A stretch of DNA of 64,000 nucleotides from the human T2T-CHM13v2.0 reference genome, Homo sapiens: assembly GCF_009914755.1 (NCBI RefSeq), contig NC_060927.1, one strand, 5' to 3'. The position numbers and the translations under genes are program-made. Each line of letters starts with the position of its first letter. Positions within the stretch are counted from its first letter, which is position 1. The notes beneath the pieces are model-generated. The model saw only the letters and a list, made by a program, of their open reading frames with translations. It was not told the DNA's origin and made no database searches. Below, one piece after another: positions 26,488 through 40,921 of the stretch.

Positions 26488-26979
26488 CTAGGATTACAGG
26501 CATGAACTACCGCGCCCAGCGCCTCTTCTAATTTTTCATCTCTGCCAAGGATAACCACGATCCTGACTTCTAATACATTAGTTTACATAAATGCAATTGT
26601 AGACCATACACTTTTGTTTATCTGGTGTCTTTTGCTCCGCATTGTTTGAGGATTCACCCACAATTGTTGCTTGTAGCTCCAGTTTGTTATTCTCATAGTG
26701 GTATGGTATTCCATTGTTTGAATAAACCTAATATATTTATCTGTTCTATTATTAATAAGCATTTGGGTAGTTTCCAGTTTTAGGCTGCTGATGAATATTC
26801 TTATATTTGTAAACAGTTTATGTTTAGTACAAGGGATTACTACAAGAAAAAAGAAACACAGCTTCCCTAATAATTTTATCTGATGTGGATGTAGCAGAAA
26901 AAAGATTCAAGTTTAACTTTTCTTTTAAGTTGATTGTTTACATAGGATTAACATCCTCATTTTTGCCTATTTTACAACT

Positions 26980-27480
26980 TATGTTGAACACCTATTTTGT
27001 GCTGTGTTTTGTGTGATGACTGGGTGACACAGACAAGGAAGGCACAATTTATGTTTTCAAGTAACTCTCAGAAATAAGTATGCGCTTACCATATAGTAGG
27101 GACAGTGCTACGAAGAGGCGTACTGGTCTAGAAGAAGCTTTTAATTCAGCTAAAAGAAAGATGGTGAGTGAAATATTTATAGAGGAGACCATTAAACTAA
27201 AATTAGACAAAGCAAGTTGTGAGTAGAGAGGCAGGAGGAAAGGAAGAAAATTCTTGGCTGTTGGAATTGCAACATAGCAGGGAACATTTTAGATACTTCC
27301 CATGATTGAATTTGGTTGTATTTAAGGGTTCACACTGGGGAGTGATGGAAATATAAAGAATAGAAAGAGAATCTGAGCTTAGTGGGGAAAAACTGATATA
27401 GTATAAATAAGATATATAAAGCATTGTGAAGGGCTAAAGAATTATTAAAACACAAGAAGCTTCTTGCATAATTCACTGAG
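26980..27480 (-). mobile_element. L2 fragment (degenerate)
   Basis: atgttgaacacctattttgtgctgtg...gacacagacaagg...gaagatggtgagtg is a purine-rich reverse L2 pattern. Confidence 0.45.
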
Positions 27481-27640
27481 ATAATATTGCAACCCAGCTG
27501 AGCAAAGTGATACATATGGTAATGAAAGGTTTATTAAGGTTTATTATGGTATAAATAGTGTCTGTAACGGATGCTTAAGGCATAATTAAATACCAAAATT
27601 AAGAGGAATAATTAGTCAAGTACAATGCATTTGTCAGTAA

Positions 27641-28000
<360 letters not shown>

Positions 28001-30171
28001 TAAGAGTGGTTGGTCTTATCTTTCCTCCAGGAACATTACCAAATCATGAAACATTTACCGTATATCTACTAGACATAAATATCCTTTGCATCATAAACGT
28101 ATAAAGCACGGGGTATCTCCTAAAGGATTATGGGATGTGATAGGTGCCTAAGTACAAAGATTCATAGTCATAGATATTTCAAGAAAGTATGAAAGCAGTG
28201 CTTTGGATTGTGAGAGTACAGAAATCAGGTCATATTGAGAGCATTATGTGGGGCCATGTGTTGGAAGTTAGATAAATATATTTAAGCTTATTAAAAAAAA
28301 GAGTTGATCTGGTAAAAAGATCTATAAGACAACATTACATCCTTCCTGGCATGCAGAGAGTGGCTGAATTTTTCTTGCATTTTTCCTTCAGCCCATGACC
28401 CTCCTAAATGGCACAAACAAAAAGGCATCCTAGGTGTGTTCTTTGTCATGTAAAACATCCCCCACTGACTCCCTGTGGAATGAAAGGCATGCACTCAGGG
28501 GAGTGTGCACACCTGCAGTAATGAGAAGGATTAAGGCAAACAAGTGAACCAGAAGTCACTGATACTTCACTTGAGACAGCACTACACAAACTTCACAGTC
28601 TACTCTGTTTCTTGATTATGCTTTATGGAATCTAATTATAACATAAGCCTGAAATTTCTGACCAATAGGCAATTAAAAGATTGTGCATGACCCCATGAAC
28701 TATTGTTTTTGAGTATCTACTATAAGCCTATTATTGAGCTAGAAGACTTTACATACTCTTTTAGGTCTTCTCACCTACCTCACCACCAGTGAGGTAGTTA
28801 TATACATTTTACATAGAATTTTTAAAGTTCTCTGGATTATACAGAATCTATAAAGCCAATAATTTTCACATAGGTAGTTGAACTACACCATCGATTTATG
28901 CGATTATGAATTATTTAGCTAAAGACTGGACAATGGGCTCCCTAGTATAGTTCCACAAGGATTGATCTTTTGGAGTGACAAATAACAGCTTTACCTAGCA
29001 TGCATCTCAAAATTTAATACAAGGAGATTAACGTATTGACAAAATAGCTGTGGTCTCTTTCACTTGGGTACTTCGTCTTATACATTTTTAGAAATAAGAA
29101 AAACAGAGTTATTTTGAATTAAAGCTGGCCTTGATTTTATCTTTTCTGCTTTTTCTATGTATGTAATTTTTAAAAAAAAATAAAAATCACCTTCATGGAA
29201 CTAGTTATTTCTGCATTATATGGCTTTGTGTATTTTGCCTTTTGTGGGTTCTGAATCTTTAAATGAAGCATGCATTCTTGTATTACTTAATCACAGAAAT
29301 GCAATTTGAGTGTTACGAAGCTCAGAAAGATTCTACAGACATCTCAAAACTGTCATTCTTTTACAGACAAACCTCCCTGAGAAATACATCATTGAGTTAT
29401 TTGTATTAGGTACTTATTCATAGTAATACTCAAAACTGCGTATCTATTAAAAAGCTTACAGCAGCTGCTACAGTACACGGAATTTCTCTTTTAGCATTTT
29501 AACTCATTTTTTTTCCTTTGAGTGTCCTTGAAGTTTTAAAAATAATACAAATTTCATAAAGTATTTTACAGTCAGTATTTTTAAACTCTGTTTTCGTTTG
29601 ACCCTTGAGTGATATTATAGCTCACTCTCTTAGTGGATGAAATGAAGGAAATGCGCTCAATATAATGTATAAAAAGCAATGTATCTTTATCAGCAGAGTA
29701 TGCACTTTGTCACTTTGCAAAATAGGAGGCATATCACTGTACCTGGACATACTTGACTCCCATAGCCATCCTAATCATCTTGTTTCATGTTCAAGGTGTA
29801 ATATATGGTATCCACTAATCTATTCACTCATTTAATGGGCATGTATTGATCCCTGTGTGTAGGGTCAGGGATATAACAAACAAACAAACAAACAAACAAA
29901 ATTATGCTCTGCTCTTGAAGAACTCATCCTCATTGTTAGGATAAGAAAAGATACAATATAGTACAATACAATACAGTACTAATAAAATACAGCATTTTAT
30001 CATTGATACAATTAATGATCCAATTGCCATCTCTAATAATAAAGATATGCCCAAAATCCTATTGGATCATAACCACAATTAAAATTAGCTACTTGGGGAT
30101 GAGAAAAAAAAAATGAGAGATATGTCAGTTGAGTAGGGATGAGGAGAATGAGGTTAGTGATATAGATAATG

Positions 30172-30484
30172 TTTATTTTTTCTTTTTCTTTTTCTTTTTT
30201 GAGACAGGGTCTCACTCTGTCACCTAGGCTGGAGTGCAGTCGTGCAATCTCAGTTCACTGCAACCTCTGCCTCCTGGGCTCAAGTGATCCTCCCACCTCA
30301 CCCTCCTAAGTAGCTGGGACCACAGGAATGCACCACGATGCCTGGTTAAGTTTTGTATTTTTTTCTGTAGAGATGGGATTTCACCATGTTGCCCAGGCTG
30401 GTCTGAAACTCCTGAGCTCATGCCATCCACTGACCTTGGCCTCCCAAAGTGCTGGGATTACAGGTGTGAGCCACCACACCCAGC
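30172..30484 (-). mobile_element. AluJ, full length
   Basis: AluJ diagnostics cctgggctcaagtgatcctcccacctca and catgttgcccaggctgg. Confidence 0.92.
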
Positions 30485-30628
30485 GCAAAGACAATTTGGA
30501 GGAGGTTAGAATGAAACTAAGTGACCCATGCCAGGCTTGGGAGCTACCACCTCATTAGCAACATATAACTTCTTTGAAAACCTAATATGTGGTTTGGAAC
30601 TGTGCTTGCAGATACAGTGAGAATCAAT

Positions 30629-30992
30629 TGTCAGTCTATTTGGGCTACTATAGCAAAATGCTACAAACCTGGTGGCTTATATAATATAAAAATTTATATT
30701 TCACAGTGCTGGAGGCTGAGAAGTTCAAGATGAAGGCAGCAGCAGGTTCATTGTCTAATGAGGGCCCCATTTTCTGGTTCCTAAATGGTGCCTTCCAGCT
30801 TTGTCCTCACATGATGGAAGTGACAAGGTAGCTTGCTGGGCCCTCTTTCGTAAGGGGACTAATCACATTCTTGAGAGCTCCACCCTCATGACCTAATCAC
30901 CTCCCAAAGGCCCCATCTCCTAACACCATCATATTAGTGATTGGGTTTCAACAGATGAATTTTGGGAAAATACAAACATTCATACTGTAGCA
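30629..30992 (-). mobile_element. MaLR solo LTR (MSTD/MLT1A-like)
   Basis: tgtcagtctatttgggctactatagcaaaat...ctggaggctgagaagttcaagatgaagg...ccctcatgacctaatcacctcccaaaggcccc...tagca. Confidence 0.8.
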
Positions 30993-31459
30993 CCAAGAAT
31001 GTGCTATAAACAGCTGACTTCCACTCTACTGAAATGTGGCTCTGAAAATGGTTACATATGTTGCAGATTTAATGGAGTTTTCTCTTAAAACTGAGACTGT
31101 AGATGATGTCAGGATTTTCAGAATCAGATTTGATGTCTTCTCAAATAGCAGATGTAAAATCTGCTGTGAAGCTATGTTTTCCATTACGTATTCGGTTGAT
31201 GTTGGATACACAGTTGTACTAGAATGTGCTACATATTGTGAAGCCATAAGCTGCTTCAAGGAACAAGTTTCTTTAGAAGGAAGTTCTAACAAGCAGTGGT
31301 AAATATGCAGCTATGTTATTTCCAAGGAATGTTGGTAATTTTTCTGCGTTTTAAAGGACTAGTCATGTCCAAAATTTGCAAACCTTACACATGTTTTTTT
31401 GTGGCATCTTGACTGGCCAGAGGACTGAATTTTATCTGAGCTTATTCACTATACATAGG

Positions 31460-31690
31460 GGCAGCATGAAATCAAAGAAAGAGTAAGATTTTGAAGCCAA
31501 ATGTAATTGAATTTAAATATAAGCAATATAACTTAAGTGCTGCATGAACTTAGTCAAGTAACTTAATATACCTAAATTTAATTATTTCACGTTAAATAAA
31601 TGAAAATAATATCAACTAATTATGTAGGCATGAGAATTTGCAATAAATATGTATACTGCTCTCTGTCACATAGCAGGTGTTCAGTTAATA
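31460..31690 (+). mobile_element. MIR SINE (degenerate)
   Basis: tgcatgaacttagtcaagtaacttaat...aaaataatatcaact...cacatagcaggtgttcagttaat. Confidence 0.55.
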
Positions 31691-32619
31691 GCATATGTAA
31701 TGTATATGTGTATGTGTATATATATTATATATATAATATACAATGTATATATACATGTAATCCAATCATTAGTGGGTGTTTCTGATATGGAAAATGTTAT
31801 CAGGTCCATAAAAATTACTGAGAAATTTAAAGATGTTCATGGAGGCTTATTATGCATCAAGCTCTATACTGATCTGGGCCTCTTTAAAATGAAGGTCTCA
31901 TTGAAGAGAAAATCTCATGGGGGAATCAACAAACAACATATAAAATAATAAATATATAAATAAAGTACTGGGTGCTTTCATACAGGCTGTGAGCACAGCA
32001 GCTATTCAGATTTGAGAGAAATAATTGGTGATCAAATAAGTCAAAACATGGAATTTAGTTTTGAAGGACCTGTATTATTTAGCAAGAAAAGGGGAAATTA
32101 GACAATAGTTCCAAGATCACAAACAGATTCTTCAGGCTCAGTCAGCTTGGAAATTTTTTTATTTTTCCTTTGCATTGCTTTGTAAAATCTCTAAGCCAAC
32201 CTTAAAAAATTGGGAAATATTGCCTAAAAATCAAGGTCTTTCAAAAAAATCAGAAGGCCTGGAAATGCTGAGATTATATTTGTTTATGGTAATACTGGTT
32301 GAGCTGACAAGCAGATGTCACATCAGTTGAAGCGTAAGTTCTCCAGGTCCTCATGGTCTCTATCCAGTATCCATTTCAATACCTGACTAGTTTCTGCCCT
32401 AAAAATACTTTCAGAGAAAAGAAAAAGGCGAAGATGGTGAGTTGAACTTTGTTGTGTCATTTGAGATGATCATTCAGCATACAAGGAGAAATATCTAATA
32501 ACTCTAACTGGAGATTCAGGACTGAGGATTGAGGGCGAAGGCAGATCTGGAGAGGAAATTTTGAGAGTGAAACACAAAGAAATGGGAATTCAAAGCATGA
32601 TAATAAAGAAGATTTGTAA

Positions 32620-32765
32620 TACAGTTGTTCTTAAAGTGTGGTCCTGGGATCAGCTCATGCCCAGTCTCAGACAAACTGAATCAGAAACTCGGGGGTTGAG
32701 GCCCCAGATTTATAAGAAGCCACCCAGATGTTCCAATGCACATTACATTTTGAGAATTATTACTG
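32620..32765. mobile_element. MER5A-like hAT MITE within an antisense L2 region (~32400-33150)
   Basis: agttgttcttaaagtgtggtcctggga...aaactgaatcagaaactcggggg...ttttgagaatt. Confidence 0.65.
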
Positions 32766-33394
32766 TAGTGGATATTGTAGCACCAAAACTCAACTGGACT
32801 GAGGATTCAGCTTGTCTACACACACTTTCTGGAACATGATGGAAGAGAAGGGGTAAGTGATGGAGATAAGGGAAAAAGTACAGGCAAGAAAAAAAGAACC
32901 AGATGAAGGTAATGCATGGATCCCAGGGAAAGGATATTTCAAGAGGAAGCTATTTAGGAGGTCAAATGGTGCCAAGAAGTCAATGCTAGTAACTGAATAT
33001 TTTTACCAATTAGAAAGTTACTGTTCACTTTTCAAAGTATTGTTCCAACAGAAGTCAGTGTTTAGGAATTAAGCAGAAACTGGATAATACAAAGAAAGAA
33101 GTAGCTTGAGTAGAGCAATCATTCAAGAAAAGTCTGGCAGTAAATGAAAAGAGAGACACCCTATGATAACCAGTGTATGGATGGAAAGGATTTGCACATG
33201 TTTAAGGGCAGGCAGAGGGGAAAGAGCCCTGGCATTTGGGAAAAAGCATGTACATTTCAGAGAAATATAGGTGATAGATAGGGGAACAGGTCACAGACAT
33301 CACAGGGATGAATACCAATTGGGGAGAAAAGGAGAAGCAGGTCTTCTTTTGAGACAGGAGAATGGCAGGTGGCACTAGAGCTGAGAGGCAACAA

Positions 33395-33630
33395 GTGTTG
33401 GCAGAGCCTGGACTCTGTAGCTGGTCTGTCTGAGATTGGATCCTGCTTTTGCTACTTCCTAGTCATGTGACCCTGGGAAAGTTACTTACCCTGTGGCTGG
33501 CTCAGTGTCCTCATTTGTAAAATGTAGTTAGACATAGTGCCTCCCTCATGGGTTTGTTGCAATGACTAACATGAGTTGAAAAATGTAGAGAACTTAGAAA
33601 AAGGGCTAGTGTCTAGGAAGTGTTATAAAA
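33395..33630 (+). mobile_element. MIR SINE
   Basis: gctacttcctagtcatgtgaccctgggaaagttacttacc...ctcagtgtcctcatttgtaaaatg...cctccctcatgggtttgttg. Confidence 0.8.
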
Positions 33631-35057
33631 GTAGGTGCCAGCTAAATGAAACACAGTGGGGTGGAGATGAGAGGCTTTGAAAGGGATACCCATGAATTCC
33701 TGAGAGACCTTTAAAACCTCCAAAATCTGAAAGCCACTTACATAAGAACTTGAGAATTGATACTACATGGTTAGGTTCTAGAAGGCAAATGGTTCTGGAG
33801 ATGGGGTACTGTTCAAGATCAACTATGCATGAACAAATGAGAAGTTGATGGCAGTGAGAACCAAGAAATGGTCAAGATGTGGTCAACCAGGTATAATGGC
33901 TTTCTTGGGTGATGGCCAGGAAAGGAGACAATAGAAAACAGGGTTGAATAGAGGTACTGAAGTAGAGCGGTGGATCCTGGTGGAAAGATTAGGAGGGACA
34001 AGCATATGGGAAGGTAGTGGAGACAGCATTCAAGTGGCCTGGAGAACAGTCTGAGCAAGTAACTAGGTATTGGCAGAAGGAGACTGAGTGAGTGAAGAAG
34101 AAACTGTGAATTGACTTGGAGTACAAATTAGAAAGCATAAATGCTAAATCATGTGCTTCCTTGGGGCCTCTAGAAGCATTGAACGGGGACATACTGGCTC
34201 TATCAAATGGTCATTAGATACTAGTGTCTGAGTTATTATTTTATGCTATACAGTAAATGTATAGGTAATAAGGGAGGGTTTAATAAGAGAAAGGAATCAA
34301 TTTTAACATGTCACACATTGTGCTAGGAGTTTTAATACATACTATTTTATTTCATTTTTACAGTTGCTATAGAAAACAGAACATAGTAATCATACAGATC
34401 AAGGAACAGGTGCTGAGGGGTTGAGTAATTTGCCCTAGGTCATGTGGGTGGGAGAGTTCAGATTCAAGTCTATATTAATTGATTCTAAACCTCATCCTCT
34501 TTCTATATTAGTTGGCCAAATATTAAAGAATGTTAAATATGCTGAAATGCATTGGAATCAGTTGTAGAAGGTACTCAGATGCATGTGAGGTTTCTGACTC
34601 TATTGGTATGGAAATCCCTTTCTCATAAACTTTCGCTAAGGTGACAGGTTATATATATCCCCAAATTACATAACCCAACTATATAACCTAAAGCATAACC
34701 CAAGAGTTACTAATTCTGAGAACCAGCAAATAAGTGATTTTCTTTTGATTTTAGAACTTGAAAGTATGCATTTTTGGTCTGCTATTTTTGTGCCAGATTT
34801 ACATCTATTTCTAATTAAAGAACAAGGAAAGGCACAAACCAGTTACTAATCATTATCTGCTTGCCATTTTTCCTCACAAGATTTTCACTGTAATTCAGTC
34901 AAACTACTACTTAGCAACTAGTTATTTCAAGTGGCAGAAGAGATTTACATAGGCATTGCCAATGTTTTCTTTGGACTTTGTTTCTAGAAGGTATCTGAAA
35001 GCAAATTTCAAAACAGCTATACTTGAGTTGTAAGTTGTTACTATATTGGCTAAATGA

Positions 35058-35426
<369 letters not shown>

Positions 35427-35513
35427 TACCATTTTCAATTTAAAGTATTATATGAAGGAAAATTTATTTGAAGTTTTAAAAGTAGTTCTCCATATCGACA
35501 GAAAGTTCCCTTA

Positions 35514-35763
<250 letters not shown>

Positions 35764-35840
35764 AGAAAGTTCCCTTAGTCTCTGGAGTATTGCAAATAAC
35801 AAACCACATTCTTTGCTGTTTGTGTGTTAGTCTTTTGGAG

Positions 35841-36017
35841 CAGTGGTTCTCAAAGCACCATCAGCAGTATCAACCTTACCTGGGATCCTGTTAGAAATGC
35901 AAACTCTCCAGGCCCACCTCTTTATCTACTGAGTCAGATTTCTGGGGGTGGAGTCTAGCAACCTGTGTTGATAAGCCTCCTAAGAGGTTCTGCTGCCCAT
36001 TAAACATGGAGAACCAC
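35841..36017. mobile_element. MER5A hAT MITE
   Basis: Termini cagtggttctcaaa ... gagaaccact; internal ttagaaatgcaaactctccaggcccacc. Confidence 0.8.
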
Positions 36018-36659
36018 TTACTTTGAGTATATCAAACTCGAAATGCTGTTTGTAGCCCTAGGTTCCTGGTGAAGCTCTTTGTAGCATGAAAATAGAAATT
36101 TGCTAAGTAGTAATACACTGACGTGAAAAAAGACTCATTTTTTTAACAATTGTTTTTCTAATCTCTAAGACATATAAAAATCATTCCTCATTGACAAAAT
36201 ATTGCCCCTTCTTCAAACACTTCCTCTTCTAGGAACTTTTCTCCAAATCTCCCAGCTAGATAATCTTATTTTGTGTTCTTTGTAAGGTATTAGCCCGAAA
36301 TAGTATGTTAATAAAAGACGTTTTAGTTTGCACAATAGACATGTAAAGTTTACTTGGTGTGGATGCATGATCACAGTTTGATTATCTCTCCGGGGAAAGA
36401 AACACTGCCCAGATTACAAGACCAAGGACCAGGTTCTGGATTATTTGTTGTCTGCTCTTTGTAACACTGTGAGACTTCTAGGCTTCTGTTATCATACACA
36501 AATGTTAGATGAGAAAGAGCTTGAAGGTCTTAGGTAAGAGCTTGGAAGGGACAAGTGCAAAATCATTGAGCAAAGCATTTTAGAAAGGTGTCTTGTCTGA
36601 TGAATCCTCTCACCTCTGTTCTTTTTGCAAAGCTCAGGAGGCCTTGGAGAGAAGATTAT

Positions 36660-37024
36660 TGTGTTAGTTTGTTAGAACTGCCATAACAAAGTACCACAGA
36701 CTGGGTGGCTTCATGAAAATATATTTTCTCACAGTTTTGAAGTGGGAAATACAAGATCAAGGTATTGGCACCATTGCTGCTTCTAAAGCCTTTCTCTTTT
36801 TCTTGTAAATGGCTGCCTTCTCTCTACGACTTCATATGGTCTTTTTGTGCCTGTCTCTGCTTATAAGGACAACAATCATATTGGATTCGGGCCTATCGTA
36901 TAACCTTATTTTACCTTAATTACCTCTTTAAAGGCTCTGTCTCCAAATACAGTCACATTCTGAGGTAGTGAGGATTACAATTTTAACATATTAATTTTGA
37001 GGGGACAAAATTCAGTCCATAACA
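36660..37024 (-). mobile_element. MaLR solo LTR (MLT1B/C-like)
   Basis: tgtgttagtttg...ccataacaaagtaccacagactgggtggctt...aattcagtccataaca, with a 5-bp TSD attat on both sides. Confidence 0.85.
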
Positions 37025-37806
37025 ATTATGCATGACTTTGATGACCCATTTGTAGATTGAACTTGTTAAAACTTCAGAATATAAATGGGTTGTAAACTTG
37101 TAGGTGAAACGTGGCTGATGTATTCCATCAGAGAGATAGCCCTACAACATTCCAACTGGGTCCCTAAAGCTACAGATATGCTCCATTACCATCCTCAAAT
37201 GCCAAAGAATGAATGAGCCATCTAGAAGTAGGCAAACAACCACATTTGCTAAAAGGCTAATGTTTCATCCATTAAATAAATGTGATACCTTTTTCTAGTC
37301 TGGTATCAATATAGAAGGCATGTGAAAAATGAGTTAGCTGAGAGTTAATTGACTGCGGAGACTCTATTTTCAGTCTCTGCCTGTATTTTTTGAATTAATA
37401 TACACAGTGGGTGATTCAGCAAAAGGGTTTAAAAATAAATTCTTTATTGAAGGATCCCACCAATTTGATGTCTTCATAATTCATGAAGAGTAGACCCATA
37501 ATAACTCTATTTTCTCTTCAGCTTTGAAAATAAAAGATGCCATTAGTTTAAATTAGGCTTGTATGTGGAATAATCAAGTGTATCAACAAATATAGTTTGA
37601 CTCAGATGCTGTTTAAGAATAAATGCCAGAAAAGAACTGGCTATTTCTCTTAAAAAATTAAATATGAAAATTGTATTGACAAGCTAGGGTGAAAGTGTTT
37701 TAAAAAGTTGATAGACAATATATACATTTATAAAATTATGAAAACTCAAAAATGTAATAAGCAAATAGTTACTGTAGACTAGCTACTCTTTTAAAGCATA
37801 CTCTTT

Positions 37807-37907
37807 AGAATATAAAGAAAATAGAATATAAGAAATATCATTAGAGACCTGGCTGTATTTGAATATAAAGAAAATGTCATTAGAGACCTGGCTATATTTG
37901 TAGAATA
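37807..37907. repeat. Imperfect ~39-bp tandem duplication (gaatataaagaaaatgtcattagagacctggctatattt)
   Basis: Direct reading: tcattagagacctggct occurs twice and gaatata three to four times. Confidence 0.85.
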
Positions 37908-40862
37908 CATGAGCACTCAGGATAGTTGGTGAATATGTAGGTATGGGGTTGCCAAAAAGCATCTTTGCAATGCTGTATTAGGGAGTTCCTACTTTGGCTA
38001 GAGAAGGCCCACATAGAAAGAACTATAGTGTAAAATATATTTACTTCATTTATTTATTTCCCTTGAAAAGTTCAAACCCCCAAGGAAGTAGACTGTGGAT
38101 AGTATTTTATCTCCTCTAGCTGTAAGAAATGAAAGGATAGATAAGTGAATTGGATTTGTCTGAAAGCTTCTGGAGTCAGGAGGCACATGGGACTTGTGCT
38201 CAGGTGTCTATTTCCAGGCATTATTCAGCAATTTGGTCACATAATTTTCTCTAATATTAGATTTCTGCTTCCAATGGTGGGTGGCATAGTTGAAGAAAGA
38301 ACTTTATGAAGACATAAGGTCTTGATCTAAACCCTAAGAAGGGAAAGAGTAAGTAAATGAGGTTATATACCTGAAGGCATACTTTTTTACTTCAGAAATT
38401 TTTATTTTCCTTCGGAGTGTATAAAATCATGTACTTTTAATCTGCAGAGTAGTTTTCATTCTAATCTACTAGTATACTTTGATAAAAGCATAATTTCACA
38501 GGTATATTACATTCGTGGGTCTCGTGTTTATGGTGGTTACGTCTTTAAAAAAAATCTAAACCTTATTTATCTACATCAGTTGTTGACTTTGCAGATCACA
38601 GAGAATACAGAGCCAGTCATGCAGAAAGTACCTGTTTGTCATCCTGAGAGTTCAGACATGAACTGTAACCAGTGGCCCATTAAGTACCTTCTCTTGTTGT
38701 TTAAAGCATATCCTAGCTTTGCAAATTAATTGTTAATGCAGAATGTTGTAACGGAGCCATGGAATGAAATTCCTGTTACTCCAGTCATAGTAGATGTTGC
38801 GTCAAGTACTCTGAGTTGTGTTCCATTGTTTTGTGATTCTGTGCTGTCGGAAAGTCTGGCCTAGAGAGTGTTTAGAAATAAGGAAATCAAGAAATAGTAT
38901 GGTTTGCTTTTTTGGACTCTGTGTGTGATTTTCCATTGATAGTAATATTGTAATAATTTCTGAGAAATAAAATTCTTTTTCTTTGTTTATAAAAAAGTTA
39001 CTTGTCAAAATACTCACAAATGCTTTCCATAAGAAAACATTTAACATTTTTTGCTGTAAAAGTGATTACATATACTACATTTAATGCAGTAGAGGACATT
39101 CTTGTAATATTGATACAGTAGGACAATATGCATGCCATTGACTATTGTTAACAGTCCAGTTGTGAGATGAAATCCACTATGAAACACAGTAATGTTTAAT
39201 TTCATATTTAAGACAGAGCTAAATTTCAGTTTAGAAGGTTCTTATATAAAAATTTCAGGAACACCTTTATAAACCAATTAAGAAGGATTTTTGTCTTAAG
39301 GGTTTATGTGCCTGGTGTAAGATAGTTATACCTGATCTAATTTTTCTTTCTTTTTCTGATTTTTACTTCTCACATATTGTATTAATGGTGCTTGGTGTGG
39401 AAAAAAAAGATGCAGTGACATTTTCTTCTCTTATCCCTTATTTTCTACTCTAAGATACATATAATTTTGCAAATATTTATTTACCTTAATAGCTCAAACC
39501 TAGCTAACATTACAGCTAGTTAATGGGTATGATTGTAGGTACGATGAATCATTGTCTAGTAAAGAGACTGTTCAAATATGATTTTATTTTACTGGTTATT
39601 TTCCCAACAGAGAGACTCTTGGGGTGAAATAGAGCTCCAAAAAGAGTGTTTTGGGGGAGATGGGAAAGGGAGGATTGGGAGTTTTTAAAGGGAATAATCT
39701 CGTGTGGTAATAGGCATGAGGTAATAGTCATTTTGATAATATGAAACAAACAAAAAAGCTTCGAACAGGTGAGTATCTGTACAACTAGGTAGAGTGAGAA
39801 CATAATGAAATCCCTAACATTTAAAACTAACGATGTAAACTGTAAATGTAATTATCTTTTAGCAAATAACTTTACATGTCAATTTTCTCAGTGGAATTTT
39901 TTGACAGTCTAAGTAGTAATGTTTGAAGCTTTGGGGACAGAATCTTTACCCCCTTCCACTTCTCATCATTCTCAGAGAATGCCGAGGGCTGGAGACATTT
40001 TTATATAGCTGATAGCAGGGAGAGCATCATTGGAAGAAGAGCTAACATTAATAATACTTACTCTGTGTCGGCCACTGTCCTCAGCACGTTAGGTAAACCC
40101 CATTTTACCTTCACAAAAAGCCTATAAAGAAGACAATATTATCCTCATCTTATATACTTACAAAAATATTTATATCATTACAAATAATTCAAATCATTAT
40201 TTAAATAAATGTATTTATATTATTATAGATGATCAAATGATGCAAAAAGCACATATTACTTACTTAGCCAACCAAATATACCCAGGCTAAATTAGGATTT
40301 GAACCATGATAGTTTGGTGTCTCCGTATATTCTTTTAACTACTATATTACATTGCTCCTGGAGCCTAATATAGTGGATTCCCAAAGACATAAATGTTGAT
40401 TGAACTAGGAGATTTGACATATTTAGCTTCTCATTTTTGCAGATGAAGAAACTGTGTCTTAGTGAAGTTGGGTTAAACTCTGCAGTGTTACAACACAAGG
40501 TGAGAGTCAGAGCTGGATGCAAACCCTGTTCAGTCTAGCACCAAGGTCCATGCTTTCTTCCATGAATCCACAGAGTGCGATTTACTGTGATCACAATCAC
40601 ATGTGATCCTCTTTTGGCTGCCTGTGACAGCCTGACAAGTTTATTTTTGAAGCTCAACCCATTGCTTACATAGGGAAGAACATTCCTAAGTTATAAAGAA
40701 GAACTGGTGAAAGGACATCATCCAGGTGTGAAATGGGAATCCAGAGCTTGTTTTCTTGGTTTATGCATGCTCAGTTGTGTGTGCCCCGATGTTCATTAGA
40801 GTGTTTTAAGTGTCTTCAATGGGTTACAATAACATGGGTTTTTTTCTCTCTCTCTCTTTCAG

Positions 40863-40921
40863 GTATGGAAAAATTGTATCTACAAAGGCAATTCTTGACA
40901 AAAACACAAATCAGTGCAAAG
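40863..40921 (+). CDS. RBMS3: RBMS3 internal coding exon (59 nt, probably exon 3), part of RRM1
   Basis: Polypyrimidine tract ...tttttctctctctctctttcAG at 40839-40862 and donor AAG|GTATGT at 40921/40922. The translation (g) TAT GGA AAA... = YGKIVSTKAILDKNTNQCK-G matches the RBMS family RRM1 just before RNP1 (KGYGFVDF). The NTNQCK residues match RBMS3 rather than RBMS1 (TTNKCK) as I recall them. Confidence 0.95.

Larger units (their letters stand above)
24565..26520 (-). mobile_element. AluS-like element interrupted by LTR12C (Alu parts 24565-24836 and 26488-26520)
   Basis: Alu sequence ...cctcccacagtgctag resumes as ctaggattacaggcatga...cgcgcccagc after the LTR. The Alu TSD gcctcttctaattttt is at 24555 and 26521. 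Confidence 0.93.
24410..26810 (-). mobile_element. Old L1M 3' end (host), split by the Alu+LTR12C insertion (pieces ~24410-24560 and ~26530-26810)
   Basis: aaactgaacacatccaagtaaccacc...aacagaacat and ataaccacgatcctgacttcta...catttgggtagtttccagttttaggct are L1M 3'UTR-like and join across the Alu TSD. Confidence 0.65.

Noticed and set aside
25726-26491. Cluster of long overlapping ORFs (up to 171 aa) on both strands
   Set aside because: They lie entirely in the GC-rich U3 of LTR12C, where stop-codon scarcity explains them. The peptides have no protein-like features.
31026-31302. Two antiparallel 88-aa ORFs in non-repeat DNA
   Set aside because: Non-ATG starts, no recognised homology and no convincing splice sites. 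Expected by chance in 64 kb.
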